A stretch of DNA of 64,000 bases from Raillietiella orientalis. Taxonomy: Eukaryota. The stretch is from the NCBI GenBank assembly GCA_036172245.1, contig JAYWIR010000007.1:5208001-5272000 (forward strand). The letters run 5' to 3'. The notes beneath the pieces were generated by a model. It saw only the letters and a list, made by a program, of their open reading frames with translations. It was not told the origin of the DNA and did no database searches. Made by a program: the position numbers and the translations under genes. This document shows positions 61,401-64,000 of the stretch, piece by piece (within the stretch, counting starts at the first letter, position 1; every line of letters begins with the position of its first letter).

Positions 61401-64000
61401 ATTGGAAAACGGAAAAGCTGTGACGGAGGGGGAATCACACAAGCTGAGGGATTTGCCAAAAATTTACTTGAAATGCGCTCCAACAAGCCATTTCGCATGA
61501 GAGAAAGAAGCCCAAGAACAGAGAGGCGGTCTAAGCGGACAACCACAGGATCTTCACACTTGAACGTCCCGCAATCGTGACTCCCTATTCTTTTCCGTCG
61601 TAGGGACGACTGGCTTCTGAAGACACAACTCACCGATGGGACAGGGACGATGAGGAATTTCCAGAGAACAAAAACACGCTCTCAGTATAACGCAGGCAGG
61701 CAGCATCTCCTGAAGCTCTTGAAACACCTGAAAGTGACGTCTGTCGCCGTTCTAAGGTGGACCAAAGCAGACAGCAAGCACGGACCCTAATCGGCGAGCA
61801 CCAAGGGTGTCAGAACGGTTGCTGCTGACTGGAGACAAAAGGTTGGCTCCGGCATCGCCTATTCCTTCGCGGCAACCAACTGGAAAAGGTCTTCAGTTCT
61901 TTGCCGTTGCTCTTTGGGTAGGGCGAACGAAGCTCCAAAATCTCTTCGTGTTCCCACTTGATACACTCGCGGCCCCTTGGTAGAACCACCACCGGTGGTC
62001 CGGTGGGGATAGTAGTAGAGAGACAGTAGTAGATATTAGCAGAGATGGACCTTGGTTAGTAGGAACGCAGCAACAACAGAAAATTACTCGGTTATCAGGG
62101 ACTGGGAGTCTTTTTCGACTGGTGTCCATAGCGCCGCCATTCAAGTCGGGCAAAAGCCTGGAGAGCATCGTGCACCAAAGGGTTGAAGAGGTCCCTCAAT
62201 CCTCGGTGTCGTTCGTTTCCTCGCAAAGCATCTTCGAAAGATGACCTGGACTGCTGCCGCCGAAGGTTCCGTTCCACAATCCCTCAAGTGACGTTTATTT
62301 ACAGCCGACACGTCCCACCACCGACCACGTTCCCTCGCGTCCACTCGTGGCTCCCGCTCCCTTATCACGCATTTGTTCTCACTCGTGCAAGGAAATTGCG
62401 ATCTTTTCAGCCCCGCATCCGACCGATTTCGCCTCTGCCTTTTCGAAATCTGACCGATTGCGAACACGACCGAACGGGCAAAAGAAAAGGGCAAGTTCTC
62501 TGTAGTCGGCGAAAGCACGAAAATCGTTCCAACGAGGAACGCTCGTAATGTCGGCGCGTCACAAGCCTTTCAGGAGAGATGAAAGCAAACCCTTTGCCCG
62601 AACCCTTTGAATTCCCGGGCGTATCCTTTGATTATCTCCTCCCGATCTCACGGGAAGGGTGGGCGGAAGCTCGGGTCGCCTGGATGAACGAGGCGCTGCT
62701 CATGGGCGAACTCATTGGCGAAGATTCGGCTACGGGCGCGAGCAGGGAGAACCGGGTCCCTCCCTCTCCTGCCCATCACCCACCCAAGAAGTGGCAACGC
62801 CTCGTCATCGACCAACTCCGCAAGGGGCGCCTACCACAGAGCTCCTCCAGGCCGATCACCGGGAAGGAACTTCGCCTGTGAGATGGGAGCAACCGCGGGT
62901 CGCTGAGCCTCCATGCACTGGAAAAAGCACGCGCAACGTGTGCTCACATACGGGACGTACGCAGGTAGCCCCACGCGCAAATGGGCTGCACTGAAGGCGG
63001 GTTGTCCGCTCCAAACGAAAGTACCTTTAAGGTGAAAAGGACGTGCTTAATGGCTGCGTGTTCGTGTGCCTCCCATCTAATCGGAAATGTTCGGTCGCTC
63101 CTCCACCCTCCCCGCTTCCCCTTGACCGAAATTCCTCCACATGTTTTCAGTGCACGTTTCCAAGGAAATAAAAGAGATTTCCATAGGTGTATATTTTTCC
63201 TGATGGTATTGAATGAGTGATGATGAATGCGGATCACGTTTCCCATTATCGGATGCGACTCGCAGCGTGGAAACTCCAGCTTCCAAAATTTGGCCCACAC
63301 CAAGTGGCTGGGAGAAAGCCTTCTTCTGCAAAGGGAGAAAGGACCGCATGTTCGAAACCAAAGACCGAGGGCATGAAGACCCGAAGAGCATCGAAGCACA
63401 ACGAAAGCAGCAAGGAGTCTTCGTTCTTCGGCTACCGACAAGCACGCCCGTCAGGAGCAAACGGACACCGACGTGGTTGGTAGACGCTGCCTGTGGTTGC
63501 AACCGTCTGACTTCTTTTGCGAGTCGGATAGGGGGAAGGCATACTTCTTGAGGTCGATCGATCGACCCGGACAAGTGCTTTCAGGAACGGTTTCGCGAGA
63601 GGTGAAAGATGGGACGTGGTAGGAACAGGTGGCATCTGTGGAAACGTTTCTCAAGCAGCACGGTGGTAGAACGAGATCACCACCGAAACGTGGTGACCAC
63701 ATGGATCCACTTGTACTTACCAAGGCATTCTGATATCCGTCGGTACGGTACCAGAAGACAACTAAGAGGCTTTTCTTTTATACGGTTTTTCCATGCTTTT
63801 GGCAGAAGAAAGGGCAACGCATCAACGGAGCACACGAATCAGAAAGATACGTCGAAGTTATGAGCCCCAAACACGCGTTGTTGCAGTTTCAGCGCAAGGG
63901 CTATTCTGGATGCCGACGTGAAGAAAATTTTGAAAAGCACCTTCAGTAAAGAAAAAAAAAAAGAAGTGCGCACGCACGATTCCTTCCGTCTTCCTCTCTC

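Overview
This is eukaryotic (invertebrate, most likely arthropod) genomic DNA, not prokaryotic, so most of the ORF track is GC-rich shadow ORFs. Three spliced genes can be rebuilt by hand with GT..AG introns and consistent phases. (1) The 5' part of a kainate-type ionotropic glutamate receptor lies on the minus strand: signal-peptide exon 6942-7071, a ~6 kb first intron, then five amino-terminal-domain exons running off the left edge. (2) A complete 4-exon, 161-aa SFT2 vesicle-transport gene lies on the plus strand at 14300-14944. (3) The 3' part of a dystrophin gene lies on the minus strand, with 20 exons placed between 51106 and the stop at 15060 (distal spectrin repeats, WW, EF-hand, ZZ, C-terminal coiled coils); its 5' part is probably beyond the right edge. 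A ~0.7-0.85 kb hairpin-rich interspersed element occurs three times. The main points of interest are: two small terminal dystrophin exons encoding the ancestral C-terminus, with an intronic stop/poly(A) alternative; tail-to-tail packing with SFT2 inside a CpG-depleted block of 41-58 nt introns; a candidate internal dystrophin promoter and first exon; a candidate recursive splice site; and the unclassified structured repeat. No CRISPR array, rRNA or real tRNA was found. Nothing here demonstrates a new biological system; the novel-looking items are hypotheses to test.
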